Positions 10,237 through 20,927 are shown, counted from the first letter of the stretch. The stretch is 64,000 bases of DNA from an uncultured Acidimicrobiaceae bacterium (GCA_963699345.1 CAVOTL010000007.1:389352-453351); one strand, 5' to 3'. Translations and numbers: made by a program. The notes: generated from the sequence alone by a model not told the origin.

Positions 10237-10738
10237 ACGTGACGCTTTCCCCGTGTTTCCGCGTTATTGGGATGGAACGAGGATTCGACATCAGAAATGA
10301 CCCCGAGACGGGCCCGAAACCCGACTACGACACAACGACTGCCCATTAGACGGAACCACGGTCGATGCGGGGGCCAACGGGCCCGTCACTGGGGTCAGCG
10401 GAACGGCAGGAGAACCGACGGAGCATCTCGAGCACCAACGATGGCGGCCGGGGCCGGCACGGTCGTGACCGGTGCCGGACCGGGCCGCCAATCGGATGGG
10501 GCAATCGGGAGGCGTCCCGTCGTCATTCCATCCGAGACCGGTCGACGTCCAGAAGCAGGTGCCGAACTGCTGCCAGCAGATGACCAGGGCGCCGGATCGA
10601 GGAGGCAATCCGGTGGGGATCGAGGCCGTGATGCCCGGATCCGACGTCGAGTATCGGTAACCGCTCGTAATCCCGAGGGCTCGTAATCGCGAACACGAGT
10701 GTTTGGACGATCGGGCGCCAGCTGGGTTGGGAACTGGC

Positions 10739-12179
10739 TCATCGGCTGTCGGCCGACTTGAGCGCAGCGTAGGTCGCCCACTCGGTTCCGCCCTGCGCCG
10801 AGCGTCTGGCCGAGGCTTCGAGGGAGTACCCGGTGGCTCGGGCGACGATGGCTGATGGGACCTGGGCGACGAGCCGACTGAGTGCGCCTTGGCGTTCGTG
10901 ACGCGTGATGCCGAGTTCGTTGAGCCGCATCGTGAGCATCGCAGCCGTGAGGTGCTGGCCGGGTCGTCGTCCCGGGAACAGGTAGAAGGTGTCGGTGCTC
11001 GGTCGTTCAGCGATGAGGCGCCGCAGGAGTGCGGCCAATGCATCGGGAACGGGGAACGGGTCGACCCCGATGCTGAGGACGAGACCGTCTTCGTCTTCGA
11101 TGACGTGGTGAGTCTCGAGGCTGGCGATGCGTGTCACCGGTTGCGCCATGAGCACCACGAGCAGTCCGGCCACCCGGTCGCCAAGGTTGATGGTCTGGTC
11201 GGTGAGAAGTCGACACGAGATGGTGGCCAGACGTTCTGGTGCACAGCCCGGTGAGGACCGGCGGGCGCGGTCGGGGATCTCCACCCGAGGACAGCGGCGC
11301 CGTCCGATGGCGAAGACCAGGAAGTCCCGGGCCCCGTGTGGGTTCGAGGCAGAGGAGAACCAGTCGTCGATGTCGGCTTGCGTCAGTTCGGCGAGAGGGC
11401 GTCCCGGGTCGTTGCCGAGGAAGCAGAGGAAGCGGACGGCGGCGTCGGTCTGATCACGAGCGGTGTTGACAGCTTGCGCCGGGAGGGGCCCGGCGGCGGC
11501 CCGGATGCGCAGCACTCCCGCGTGTCGCCAGGACAAGTAGCGCTCGATCTCCCCTCGAGCTGCCGGGTCGTCGATGGTGGCGAGTCGGTGTTGCGTCCAG
11601 GTCTCGAAGGCGGCCAAGTACTTGTCCCGCATCGGGAGGATGCCGGTTGCCTGCAACAGCTCTCGAAGGTGCTCCCGACTCTGATCGGCCGCCAGGGTGT
11701 CGATCCCCTCGTGGGTGAGCGGCACGCTTCCCCGGGCGAGGGCCCCCAGACGTTCGGCGACCTTGGGCTTGCGCACCCAGTGCATGGCCGCCAGAGGACT
11801 GGGTGACGACACGAGGTGGGTGGCGAGAGGGGCGAGTGCCGGAGCCAGCTGGCCGGTCCCGTCGTCGAGCGCGTCGGGCAGGTGGCGAGCCAGTGAGCAC
11901 GACGATGCAGGTGTTGGCGAACCAGGTCCGATCTTCCCGGTCACAGGTCGTGCAGCGGAAGGAGGTGGTGATGCCGGCGCAGTCCACGCAGGCGGCCTTG
12001 CCATCATCGTCCCGGCCGACGAGGAGGCGGTCCCCATCCCCGCACCTGGCACAGGTCCCCCGCACGCCGGTGGCCCGGGAGACGCATGACCGACAGACGT
12101 AGCCCTCGGGCCACGTGAAGCCGAAGCGCCAACTGCCCTGGCAGCGGACGCAGACCTTTGCTGCTCGCGGCCGGGTCAC
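10739..12179 (-). pseudogene. tyrosine-recombinase-like protein with N-terminal Cys-rich (zinc-ribbon-like) region; second recombinase of a tandem pair; at least one apparent frameshift near 11950-12050
   Basis: GTG at 12179 overlaps the HTH gene stop (GTGA). N-terminus VCVRCQGSW..CRSC..CARCGD..CVDC..CTTC lies in one frame. The 437-aa C-terminal ORF 10739..12052 (..LNELGITRHERQGALSRLVAQVPSAIVARATGYS..) lies in another. Confidence 0.6.
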
Positions 12180-12479
12180 GGGGAAAGCACCCGGGCCCGA
12201 CGGGGCCGGACCGCATCCGGCAGAGCGGGGGCCGGTGGGGCCGCGGGGGCGAGCTCGATGAAGTCGTTCGGCGTGCAGGAGAAGATGTCGCACAACGCCG
12301 CCAGCGTGGGGAGCGAGAGGCGCTCCGGGGTCTTGGCCACCAACCGATAGAGCTGGGCGGTGGACAAGGTGATGCCTCTCGCCTCGAGCAGCGGGGCCGA
12401 GCTCGGTTGCCTTCCACAGGTCGTTGTCGGCCATCACCTGGCGCAGTCGCCAGCGGTAGCTGGGTGGTGCTGGTGTCAT
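12176..12479 (-). pseudogene. XRE-type helix-turn-helix protein between the two recombinase genes (one apparent frameshift)
   Basis: MTPAPPSYRWRLRQVMADNDLWKATELGP (one frame) continues as ..STAQLYRLVAKTPERLSLPTLAALCDIFSCTPNDFIEL (ORF 12176..12367). Confidence 0.6.
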
Positions 12480-13599
12480 CGTCTCGTTCTCCTCGGGGTT
12501 GGTGGTGCGCGTGCCGGTGGTGGCCATGGCGTCGAGGGCGGCCCGTAGCACCCGGGTCCGGTAGTCGGACGACACCGCCGTATAGATGGCGGTGGTGGAG
12601 GAGTTCAGGTGGCCGACCTGCTGCTGGACGAACAGCGCGTCGTAGCCGTCCTCGGTCAGGTGGGTGACATAGGAGTGGCGCAGGCAGTGCGGGCTCAACC
12701 CGGCCGGTAGTCCGGCGCCGGCTGGCGGCTGGGTGAAGGCATGGGCCAGGCGCTGATCACTCACTCGTTCGCCCCGCTCCGACGGCCACAGGCTCGAGGT
12801 GCCCTGCCGCCAGGCCGGCAGGATCTCGTCGGTCCACTCGGCCAGCACCTCGACCGACCACGGCATCACCGTCAGCACACCCCGGCGTCTCGGTGGCGAG
12901 CCGTTGGTGGCCTTGCCGAACCGCACCTGGCAGACGCCGAAGGCCCCGAACTCGGGGGCCTTGGGGTTCGCGGTGAAGTCGCAGCGCTCCAGCATCACGA
13001 GCTCCCGCCGGCGCAGACCGAAGGCGTAGGCGACCTTCAACATGACCGAGTCCCGGAAGGCCGGCGCCCAGCCCTTGGCGCCTCTTTGCCCGCACGGAGG
13101 CGGCCCGGTCGTCGGCTGCGTCGAAGAGGGCTTGGCACTCGGCCTTGGTCAGCGGGCGTCGTGACGGTGACGCCTCGGTGTCGGTTCTGTGGGTGGCCAG
13201 ATTCTCGGGTCGGCAGATCTGGACGGGTGGGTGCCCGAACTGCTCGAGGCAGCGGGAGCTCCAGCCGTAGGCGGGGTCGCAGGCGTAGGTGAGGAACGAC
13301 GCCACGGTCAGGCCATAGGAGCGGACCGTCGAACGGGCGAGTCCGTCGCGCTCGCGCAACATGGACACCCACCGTTCCCAGCTTTCGGTCGTCCACCGCC
13401 AAGGCGGGGCCCCCACGGCGTCGGCGAAGCGTGTCACCACCCGGGCCCCGGCCTCGACCGTGGCGAAGGACAGGTTCCGACTGAGCCGCTGGGACTGCCA
13501 GCCAGCCACCATCTCCTCGAAGAAGACCGTCTCGGGGGAGGACGCCGAGCTGGCATCGAGGACCCGGAGGATCGCCATCTCCTCACGCCGCTGTGTCAT
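12480..13599 (-). pseudogene. XerC/XerD-like tyrosine recombinase/integrase; first of the pair; frameshift near 13040-13100; 3' end uncertain
   Basis: N-terminal SAM-like domain in ORF 12757..13599. The catalytic half is in the frame of 11454..13043: LKVAYAFGLRRRELV.., HCLRHSYVTHL, GHLNSSTTAIYT. Confidence 0.7.
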
Positions 13600-13619
13600 C
13601 GTGCGCCTCCCGCCCGTCG

Positions 13620-13685
13620 CATTGGATGATCGGAGTTCGCATCAGATGCGACGCATCCAATGAGAAATCTCACCATCAGATGCGA
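13620..13685. repeat. nested palindromes plus an extra half-site immediately upstream of the first recombinase gene
   Basis: CATTGGATG (13620-28) pairs with CATCCAATG (13654-62). They enclose the 15-bp palindrome TCGCATCAGATGCGA (13637-51). A third copy, CATCAGATGCGA, sits at 13674-85. Confidence 0.8.
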
Positions 13686-14135
13686 AGGGCCAACGGGATA
13701 CCCCAGGTCGGAGGCCATGTTGAGGCCGCCGTATGGTCAGGGAAGGCGTCACCGACGGCCAGCTAGCCGGGGGAAAGACCGCTGGTCAGACTGCTTATCA
13801 GCTGTTGGCGAGAATACGCATCTGTTCGAATGTCGCGATTCCCCTTGACTAGGTAGAGAAACCCCTCACAGCTCCTGGCCGACACTCGGCCATGCCATCG
13901 ACGGGCGTGACGGTCGACGATCACGACCTCTACCCGGGTTCTGGCGACGCCCTGCGTGGTCGAATCCCACCGAGCGTGGTCGCCAGACGAAGAAATTCCA
14001 AGGAAATTGTCCTTCCCAACCTTCGTCATTGATGTCCGTCAGTACCCGCCAGAGTCCGTCACTATCCGTCAGATACCACCTCTGACCAGGGACGATGGTT
14101 GACAGGGTGACGGCCCGCCCCCATGCTCGCCAGCC

Positions 14136-15481
14136 ATGGACCACGTCGATCGAGAACTACTGGACACCCTGCTCTCGAGGCTCAACTCGGGCCGGTGGGA
14201 GGAGTTCCTCGATGCCGGCCAGGGCTGCAACTGGTGCCGACACCCGGTCCGCATCCGAGGGGTGATCACCGAGGGAACCGGTGCCAGACCGGTCCCTCAA
14301 GTTCTCGACGGACTCCCTCCCGGACGGGGTGTTCCTGAAGGCCTGCGGCTCGAGGCGCGAGACCCGGTGTCCGGCCTGTGCCCACACCTACCGGGCCGAC
14401 GCCCGTCACTTGGTCCGAGCCGGGCTCATCGGCGGCAAGGGCATCGATCCCTCGGTCGCCCTCCACCCTGCCGTCTTCCTCACCCTCACCGCCCCGAGCT
14501 TCGGATCCATCCACTCAGGTGCGCCAGGGAGGACTCTGCCGGCCGGGATCGCCTGGCCATCGGTGTCCCCACGGCCGGCTGGTCAACTGTCCGGAGCGCC
14601 ACGACCAGGATGACGAGCTGGTCGGCACCCCGATCTGTCCCGACTGCTACGACTACCGGGGCGCCGTCCTCCACAACGCCCACACGCCCGAGCTGTGGCG
14701 CCGGACCACCATCTACCTCCATCGCCAACTGGCGGCCGTCCTGGGGCTCACCCAGGTCGAGACCCGCAAGATGGTGCGGCTGTCGTTCTGCCGGGTGGCC
14801 GAATACCAACGTCGAGGTGTGGTCCACCTCCACGCCATCATCCGGGCCGACGGTCCCGACGGAGCCCTCCCGCCGGTCAGCGCCGACGAGCTCAGCGTGG
14901 CCTGTCTCCGAGTGGCTCGAGCCGTCCGGGTCATCCATCCGATGGGCGAGGCGGCCTGGGGATCCGAGGTCGACGTCCAGGTCCTCGATCGGGACGACGG
15001 CCGGGCGGCCAAGGTGGCTTCCTACGTGGCGAAGTACGCCACCAAGTCGGCCGAGTCATCTGGAGTCCTCGACCGTCCGATCCAGACAGCCGAGGACCTG
15101 GACAGCCGACAACTCACTCCGCACCTGCGTCGCATGGTCGAGACGGCCTGGGATCTCGGGGACGACCCGGAGTTCGCCCACCTCCACCTCCGGCGCTACG
15201 CCCACGCTCTGGGCTACGGCGGTCAGTTTCTGACAAAATCACAGCGGTACTCGTCCACCTTCGCCAATCTGCGGGCCGAACGGGCCCAGTGGCGTGAAGC
15301 CCGACGACTTCGAGGTGTCGCACCTCCCGAGCAAGCTCCCTCTCCTGACGCGTCCACATCCGAGTGGGACGTCGTCGGCATCGGCTGGACCAGTCGAGGA
15401 GAGGCCAAATTCGCCGACGACCGGTGGCAGCAACGCCTCGAGGAGATCCACCTGGCGAACGAGGACCGCTACTCCTCGTGA
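14136..15481 (+). pseudogene. RepSA-like replication initiator of actinomycete integrative elements, split over three frames
   Basis: The three pieces are GCNWCRHPVRIRG.. (frame of 14136), LKACGSRRETRCPACAHTYRADARHLVRAGLIGGKGI..FLTLTAPSFGS (14281..14613), and CPDCYDYRGAVLHN..RRGVVHLHAIIRADG..YVAKYATKS (14378..15481). Confidence 0.75.
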
Positions 15482-15576
15482 CCCGGCTCCTCAACAGACG
15501 GCAATCCGCCGCAGGCGGTGCGCCAGCAGCAGTCGATCGCAGCACCCGTGTGCTGCCCACCACCAAGAACTGCTGA
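15478..15576 (+). CDS. short Xis/HTH-like ORF between rep and int (possibly truncated)
   Basis: GTG overlaps the rep stop (GTGA). The 32 aa VTRLLNRRQSAAGGAPAAVDRSTRVLPTTKNC have only weak excisionase resemblance. Supported mainly by position in the rep-xis-int order. Confidence 0.2.
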   Translation: MTRLLNRRQSAAGGAPAAVDRSTRVLPTTKNC

Positions 15577-15592
15577 GCGGCGAGGACACGCC

Positions 15593-16738
15593 ATGGGACG
15601 TCGAGAGTTCGGAACGATAAGAAGGCTGCCGTCGGGACGCTGGCAGGCGAGCTACTGGTGCGATGGGAACCGCCACTTCGCGCCCAACACCTTCCGCACC
15701 AAGCGGAACGCTGGCGAGTACCTCTCCGCCATCGAGACGGAACTACAGCGGGGCGAGTGGATCGATCCCCTGAACGGCCGGATCCTTCTCGCCGATCTGG
15801 CGGAGGAATGGACCACCACGATCGTCGACCTGCGGCCGTCGACGAAGGCACGGGACCTGGGCTATCTGAATCGGTATGTACTCCCCCGCTTCGGCCACCT
15901 CGAGGTCCGAGCTATCACCCACGTCATGGTGCGCTCCTGGGTCGCCGAGCTCGACGGATCGGGCCTCGCCCCCTCGACGACCACCAAGGCCGTCCACATC
16001 CTGGCGAAGATCCTCCGGTTCGCCGTGCGGGCTCGGGTAATTCCATCGTCACCTTGTGATGGGGTCCGGTTGCCTCGCATCGAACGGAACGAGATGCGCT
16101 TCCTCACGACAGTCGAGGTCGACGCCCTCGCCGATGCAATCGACCCCCGGTACCGGGCGACGGTTCTGCTCGCCGCATACGGCGGACTGCGGGCTGGTGA
16201 GCTCTTCGGACTGCGGGCCAAACGGGTCGATCTCCTGCGGCGCACCGTGTCCATCTCGGAGACGGTCGTTGACGTCGGTGGACATCTCCACTTCGGTCCA
16301 CCCAAGACCCGAGCCGGCACTCGGATAGTTCCCCTTCCCCGGGTGGCCGCCGATCCCCTCGCCGAGCACCTCACCGCCTATGGCCGTTCCCCCGACGATC
16401 TGGTGTTCAACGCACCCGGTGGCGGACCGGTTCAACTCAATCTGTGGCGTCAACGCTTCTGGGCTCCGGCGGTCAAGAAGGCCGGACTGGTCCACTTGCG
16501 TCCCCACGACCTTCGACACACCGCCGTCGCTCTCTGGATCGCCGCCGGTGCCAATCCCAAAGAGGTCGCCTCACGTGCAGGGCACTCGTCGGTGAGCTTC
16601 GCACTCGACCGCTACGGACACCTGTTTCCGGGATCCGAACAGAAGCTCAACGACGCCCTCGACGCGCTGGCTGACGAATCTCGTGCAGCCGCGGTCTTGG
16701 CTTCCGAGGACGCTCAACACGCGATCACCGCGGAGTGA
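15593..16738 (+). CDS. int: site-specific tyrosine integrase (phage integrase family), intact
   Basis: ATG at 15593 inside ORF 15518..16738. MGRREFGTIRRLPSGRWQASYW.., RPHDLRHTAVALWIAAG, GHSSVSFALDRYGHLF. Confidence 0.9.
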   Translation: MGRREFGTIRRLPSGRWQASYWCDGNRHFAPNTFRTKRNAGEYLSAIETELQRGEWIDPLNGRILLADLAEEWTTTIVDLRPSTKARDLGYLNRYVLPRFGHLEVRAITHVMVRSWVAELDGSGLAPSTTTKAVHILAKILRFAVRARVIPSSPCDGVRLPRIERNEMRFLTTVEVDALADAIDPRYRATVLLAAYGGLRAGELFGLRAKRVDLLRRTVSISETVVDVGGHLHFGPPKTRAGTRIVPLPRVAADPLAEHLTAYGRSPDDLVFNAPGGGPVQLNLWRQRFWAPAVKKAGLVHLRPHDLRHTAVALWIAAGANPKEVASRAGHSSVSFALDRYGHLFPGSEQKLNDALDALADESRAAAVLASEDAQHAITAE

Positions 16739-16749
16739 CCGAATTCCAT

Positions 16750-16769
16750 CGCGCACGTGGCGCGCACGC
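16750..16769 (+). repeat. right copy of the 20-nt direct repeat CGCGCACG-N3-CGCGCACGC
   Basis: CGCGCACGTGGCGCGCACGC lies between the integrase stop and tRNA-Val. Confidence 0.6.
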
Positions 16770-16827
16770 AGGGCCGTGATGGTCGGCACGCCCGGAAGTC
16801 GCAACTCCCTGACCAGGGCTTTCGGGG

Positions 16828-16901
16828 TGGGCGCTAGAGGACTCGAACCTCCGACCTCAGCCGTGTGAAGGCTGCGCTCTAACCAACTGAGCTAAGCGCC
16901 C
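16828..16901 (-). tRNA. tRNA-Val (anticodon CAC)
   Basis: Hand-folded cloverleaf: GGGCGCT/AGCGCCC acceptor, GCTC/GAGC D stem, CAGCC-TTCACAC-GGCTG anticodon arm, GGAGG-TTCGAGT-CCTCT T arm. CCA is not encoded. Confidence 0.9.
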
Positions 16902-17039
16902 GGATCCCACGGCCACGACACCGTGACCGAGTAGACGAGCATGCTAGCCCGCGACGACTGCGCCACCGATCCGGGCGTGCTCTGGCCCGGCACGATCCGC
17001 AGTCCGAGGCGCCGACCCCGGCGACGAACGGTGACCGGG

Positions 17040-18484
17040 TCACCCCGGAGGGAACGGTGCGATCCGGTCGAAACCGAGGGCCGCCTCGAGCGCCGCCGCC
17101 GACCGGATGACGACCAGGTCGGCGTGTTGGGGACCGATCAACTGGAGTCCGACCGGGAGCCCGGTCGCCGAGAGGCCCGCACACACCGTGGCCGCCGGGG
17201 ACCGGGTCATGTTGAACGGGTAGGTGAGCTTCACCCAGTTGATGTCGACCACCTCGTTGATGAGGCCGGCGCCGTCGAGCGACTGGGGTGGGGGAACGCC
17301 GGCGACGGTCGGCGTCACCAGCAGGCGGACGTCGTGGAAGAGGTCGACCAGGCGCAGGTTGAGGGCGTGACACGAGTCCTCGGCCCGGACCAGGTCGAGC
17401 GGTGACGTGGCGGCCGCCCCTTCGATCACCATCCGGAGCACCGGGTCGACGCGGTCCCACTGGCTCGGTGCCGATGATGCCGGCGTGGGACCGCAGGTTG
17501 TATGCCCCCGACAGGGTGAGCCACTCGTCGATGGGGTCGGCGTCGAAGACGCTGTCGATCTCGACGATGTCACAGCCGAGGTCGGCCAGGACGTCGATGG
17601 CCCGCCGGCACAGGTCCAACACCTCGGCGTCGATGTCGGCGTACCCGAGCGTCGGCGACCATGCCACCCGGGCCGGGGGTCGGGGGTCGTCGACGGCGGC
17701 CAGCCACGACGCCTCGGGTCGGGGCAGCGACCGCAGGTCCGTCGGATCCGGGCCCACCACGGCGTCGAGGGCCGCCACCAGGTCGGACATCCGACGGGCC
17801 ATGGGGCCCTTCGTCGACAGATGGGCCCAGTCCGGGGCGGTGGCACCGCCCGACGGAATCCGGCCCAGCGAAGCCTTGTACCCCGTGAGCCCGCACGCCG
17901 ACGACGGGATCCGGAGCGAACCGCCACCGTCCGAGCCGGTGGCGAGCGGCACCATGCCCGAGGCGATGGCGGCGGCGGAACCGCCCGACGACCCGCCCGC
18001 GGTGTGCTCGAGGTTCCAGGGATTGTGGGTGGCGCCGAACAGCGGGTTCTCGGTGTGGGCCTTCCAGCCGAGTTCGGGCGTGTTGGTCTTCCCCACCACC
18101 ACGCACCCCGCCGCCACCAGACGCTCGACCAGGATGGAGTCGGCGGTGGCCGGCGGATCGTCGGCCCGGGTCGCCGAGCCGCAGGTGGTGACGTAGCCCG
18201 CCGCGTCCTCCAGGTCCTTCACCCCGATCGGGATGCCGGCCAGCGGCCCGGGGTCTCCGCCCGCCGCCACGGTGGCATCGACCCCGTCGGCGGCGGCCCG
18301 GGCACGCCCCTCGTCCACGGCGACGAAGGCGTTGACCGTCGGGTTGTGCGTCGAGATCCGACCCCAGGGCGTGGTCCACCAGCTCTGCCGCCGTCAGCTC
18401 GCCGGATCGCACCCGGTTCGCCAGGTCGACCACCGAGGACGTGCGGAAGTCCATGGGGCGAACGTACCGGGATCGCTGCGTCAT
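17040..18484 (-). CDS. amidase (amidase-signature family), two apparent frameshifts
   Basis: GGSSGGSAAAIASG and GSDGGGSLRIP in ORF 16879..18318. N-terminus in frame of 17570..18484. C-terminus in ORF 17040..17927. Alternative start ATG 18454. Confidence 0.75.
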
Positions 18485-18522
18485 GTCGACAGGGCCGGTC
18501 CGGCGGCAGCCAGTCTGGGAGC

Positions 18523-19453
18523 ATGTCGACCGCCTCCCCCGCCACCCCCCGCATCGAGGGCGCCGTCCTCGACCACGTGGCCCACGCCGTGCCCCGCTGG
18601 CAGGACGCCTGGCACCGCTACGCCACGGACCTCGGCGCCGAGTGGAACTCCGGTGGCCCCGGCACCGGGTTCGCCCCCGCCCAACTGCGCTTCGCCAACG
18701 CCGCCCGGATCGAGGTGCTGATGCCCTGGGCGGTGGAGTCCAACGACTTCCTCGCCCGGTTCCTGGCCGCCAGCGGGCCGGGTCCCCACCACCTGACCTT
18801 CAAGGTGCCCGATCTGACACGGGCCATCGAACAGGCCGCGAGCCTTCGGCATCGAGCCGATCGGCATCAGCTACGCCGACCCCGAGTGGATGGAGGCGTT
18901 CCTGCACCCCAAGTCGGCCACCGGCGTGGTCGTGCAGCTGGCCCAACAGCGCATCGCCTGGGGTAGCCCCGCCCCCGAGGACTACCCCACCGGCCGTCGC
19001 CTCCGGGCCGACGGATCGGGACCGGTCCCCCCGGCCGCGCTCGTCAGCGTCTGCCACGTGGTCGCCGACCTCGAGGGGGCCATGGCCCTGTTCGCCGGAC
19101 TCCTGGACGCCCGGGTGTCGGACCGGGGCACGGCCGACGGGTGGGACTGGGTCGACCTCACCTGGCCCGGTCCGCTCGGACTCCGCCTGGTGGGTCCGGA
19201 GCGGGGCGCCCCGGACGGTCCGGTGACCGCTGCCCTCGGAGATCGGCCCGGGAAGGTCCATCACCTGCGGGTGTCCGTCGAGGAGCCGGCACGGGTGCCC
19301 GACGCCGTGCCCGCCACGTCGCGCTTCGCCACCCTCGGCGGCCCGGGCGAGGCCGACGGCGCCTTCGAGGTCTCCCGGGACGACAACCTGGGCCTCGGCA
19401 TCGTCCTGTACCCGGCACCGGGTGCCCCCGGACCCGTCCCGGTGGACCGGTAG
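18523..19453 (+). CDS. VOC (glyoxalase/dioxygenase-like) family protein, one apparent frameshift near 18840
   Basis: ATG 18523 (MSTASPATPRIEGAVLDHVAH..HHLTFKVPD) continues in ORF 18890..19453 (..VCHVVADLEGAMALF..HHLRVSV). Confidence 0.65.
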
Positions 19454-19463
19454 CCTGAAGCCG

Positions 19464-20168
19464 ATGCCCGAATCCGACGAAACCGGGGACGCCGCCGAGA
19501 GCGACGGTCCCGCACCCCAGAAGAGTCTCATGGAACGCCTGTTCTCGCCGGCGCCCACCCTGCCCCCGGAGCCGACGACCGACCGCCACGGCAACCCGAC
19601 CAAGTGGTCCATCGACCGGCTCGACGGCCGTGAGCGGGTGTACGGCTACGTAGGCTCGGTACTGGCCGTCGTGTTCGCGGTCATCATCTTCGTCGAGGAG
19701 CACCACCACAAGGCCACACCCCACGCCAAGAACCAGCTCTCCCCCGAGACGATGCTGCTGCTCGGGGTGGCCAGCGGCATCGCCCTGGCCGTCACCACCC
19801 GCATCGGTCGGCGGGCCCTGGTCGGGTTCGTCGCCCTGTTCGCCTTCCTCAGCTTCAGCACCGTCAGCACCGTCGTGGGGCTCCCCTTCCTCGTCCTCGC
19901 CGTCTGGCTGCTCTACCGCTCCTACAAGATCCAGAAGGCGGCCAGCACCAAACTCCGGGAAGACCGGGCGGCCGGGCGGTCCACCCCCGCACCCCGCCAG
20001 TCCCGGGCCGAGACGGCGGCGGACCGCACCGCCGCCAGGAAGGGGAAGAAGGCCCCGACGGGCCCCGAGGCCAACAAGCGCTACACGCCGAAGAAGCCCA
20101 CCCCTCCCCCACCGCCGACCCCCAAGCCGTCCTGGCGCGAACGCCGGGAGGCCAAGGCCTCCGACTGA
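19464..20168 (+). CDS. hypothetical membrane protein with Lys/Pro-rich C-terminal tail
   Basis: ATG 19464 inside ORF 19422..20168. Several hydrophobic spans (VGSVLAVVFAVIIFV, LLLGVASGIALAV, VGLPFLVLAVWLLY). Confidence 0.7.
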   Translation: MPESDETGDAAESDGPAPQKSLMERLFSPAPTLPPEPTTDRHGNPTKWSIDRLDGRERVYGYVGSVLAVVFAVIIFVEEHHHKATPHAKNQLSPETMLLLGVASGIALAVTTRIGRRALVGFVALFAFLSFSTVSTVVGLPFLVLAVWLLYRSYKIQKAASTKLREDRAAGRSTPAPRQSRAETAADRTAARKGKKAPTGPEANKRYTPKKPTPPPPPTPKPSWRERREAKASD

Positions 20169-20199
20169 CCCCGGGACGTCGGTGCGCCCGCCCGGTCCG

Positions 20200-20904
20200 T
20201 CACCCGACCGGCTCCCGTCCGCCGTCGTCGGTGACCAGGGCGGAGCGCAGCAGCTCCAGGATCTCGTTGCGCCGACGCACCAACGACCGCGCGGTCGGCT
20301 CCTCGCCGAAAGCCCGCAGCACCTCGACCTCGGTGAGCATCCCGATGACCGTGGAGTAGATCGCCAGGAGCAGGAGCCGGGGATCGTGGCGGCGCATGTG
20401 ACCGGCGTCCATCTCGGCCTCGAGGAACCCCGTCGCCCGCTGCACCAGCGGCTCCACCGCCGTGACGAACCGGGTGGCCGCCGGCGTCCCCAGGCGACCC
20501 ATCTCGCGGACCAGCCCGAGCAGCTCGGGGCGCCGGGCGGCCAGGCGGAACACCGAGCGCACCACCGCCTCGACCCGGGCCCAGCCCGTGCCGGCCGCCG
20601 CCAGGGACTCCTCGAGGGCGGCCGACAGCTCCACGGCACTGCGGTCCACGACGGCTTCGAGCAGGACCTCCTTGCTCGGGAACCAGTAGAGGATGGTCTG
20701 TTTGCGGATGTCGAGGCCGACGGCCAGGGCGTCGAGGGACGAGGCCTCGTAGCCCCGGTTGGCGAAGGAGGCGAGAGCCGCGTCGAGGATGCGCTCCGGG
20801 GTCGACGCGCCGGCCGCCACCGCCTTCCCGCCGGCCCGGGCCGACCGGGGCCGGCTCCGGTCCCGGGGTCCCGAGGCTCCCTGTCCTGTGGTCGACCCCG
20901 TCAC
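20200..20904 (-). CDS. TetR/AcrR family transcriptional regulator
   Basis: 234-aa intact ORF. HTH region SSLDALAVGLDIRKQTILYWFPSKEVL. Confidence 0.85.
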   Translation of the reverse strand: MTGSTTGQGASGPRDRSRPRSARAGGKAVAAGASTPERILDAALASFANRGYEASSLDALAVGLDIRKQTILYWFPSKEVLLEAVVDRSAVELSAALEESLAAAGTGWARVEAVVRSVFRLAARRPELLGLVREMGRLGTPAATRFVTAVEPLVQRATGFLEAEMDAGHMRRHDPRLLLLAIYSTVIGMLTEVEVLRAFGEEPTARSLVRRRNEILELLRSALVTDDGGREPVG

Positions 20905-20905
20905 T

Positions 20906-20917
20906 TACCATATGGTA
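20906..20917. promoter_or_regulatory. perfect 12-bp palindrome TACCATATGGTA in the 23-bp TetR/reductase intergenic gap (operator candidate)
   Basis: Read directly. It lies between GTG 20904 (minus strand) and GTG 20928 (plus strand). Confidence 0.6.
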
Positions 20918-20927
20918 GACAGATCGG

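Noticed and set aside
10255-10300. GGATTCGACATC string resembling a tRNA/tmRNA T arm just right of the IS3 end
   Set aside because: No complementary stem, acceptor strand or CCA context could be drawn. It is treated as a chance similarity.
13866-14144. 92-aa minus-strand ORF divergent from the rep gene, considered as a possible Kor/Pra-like regulator
   Set aside because: No recognisable HTH or family motifs are present. The second half is Arg/Pro-rich, its start overlaps the rep start, and there is no support beyond being open.
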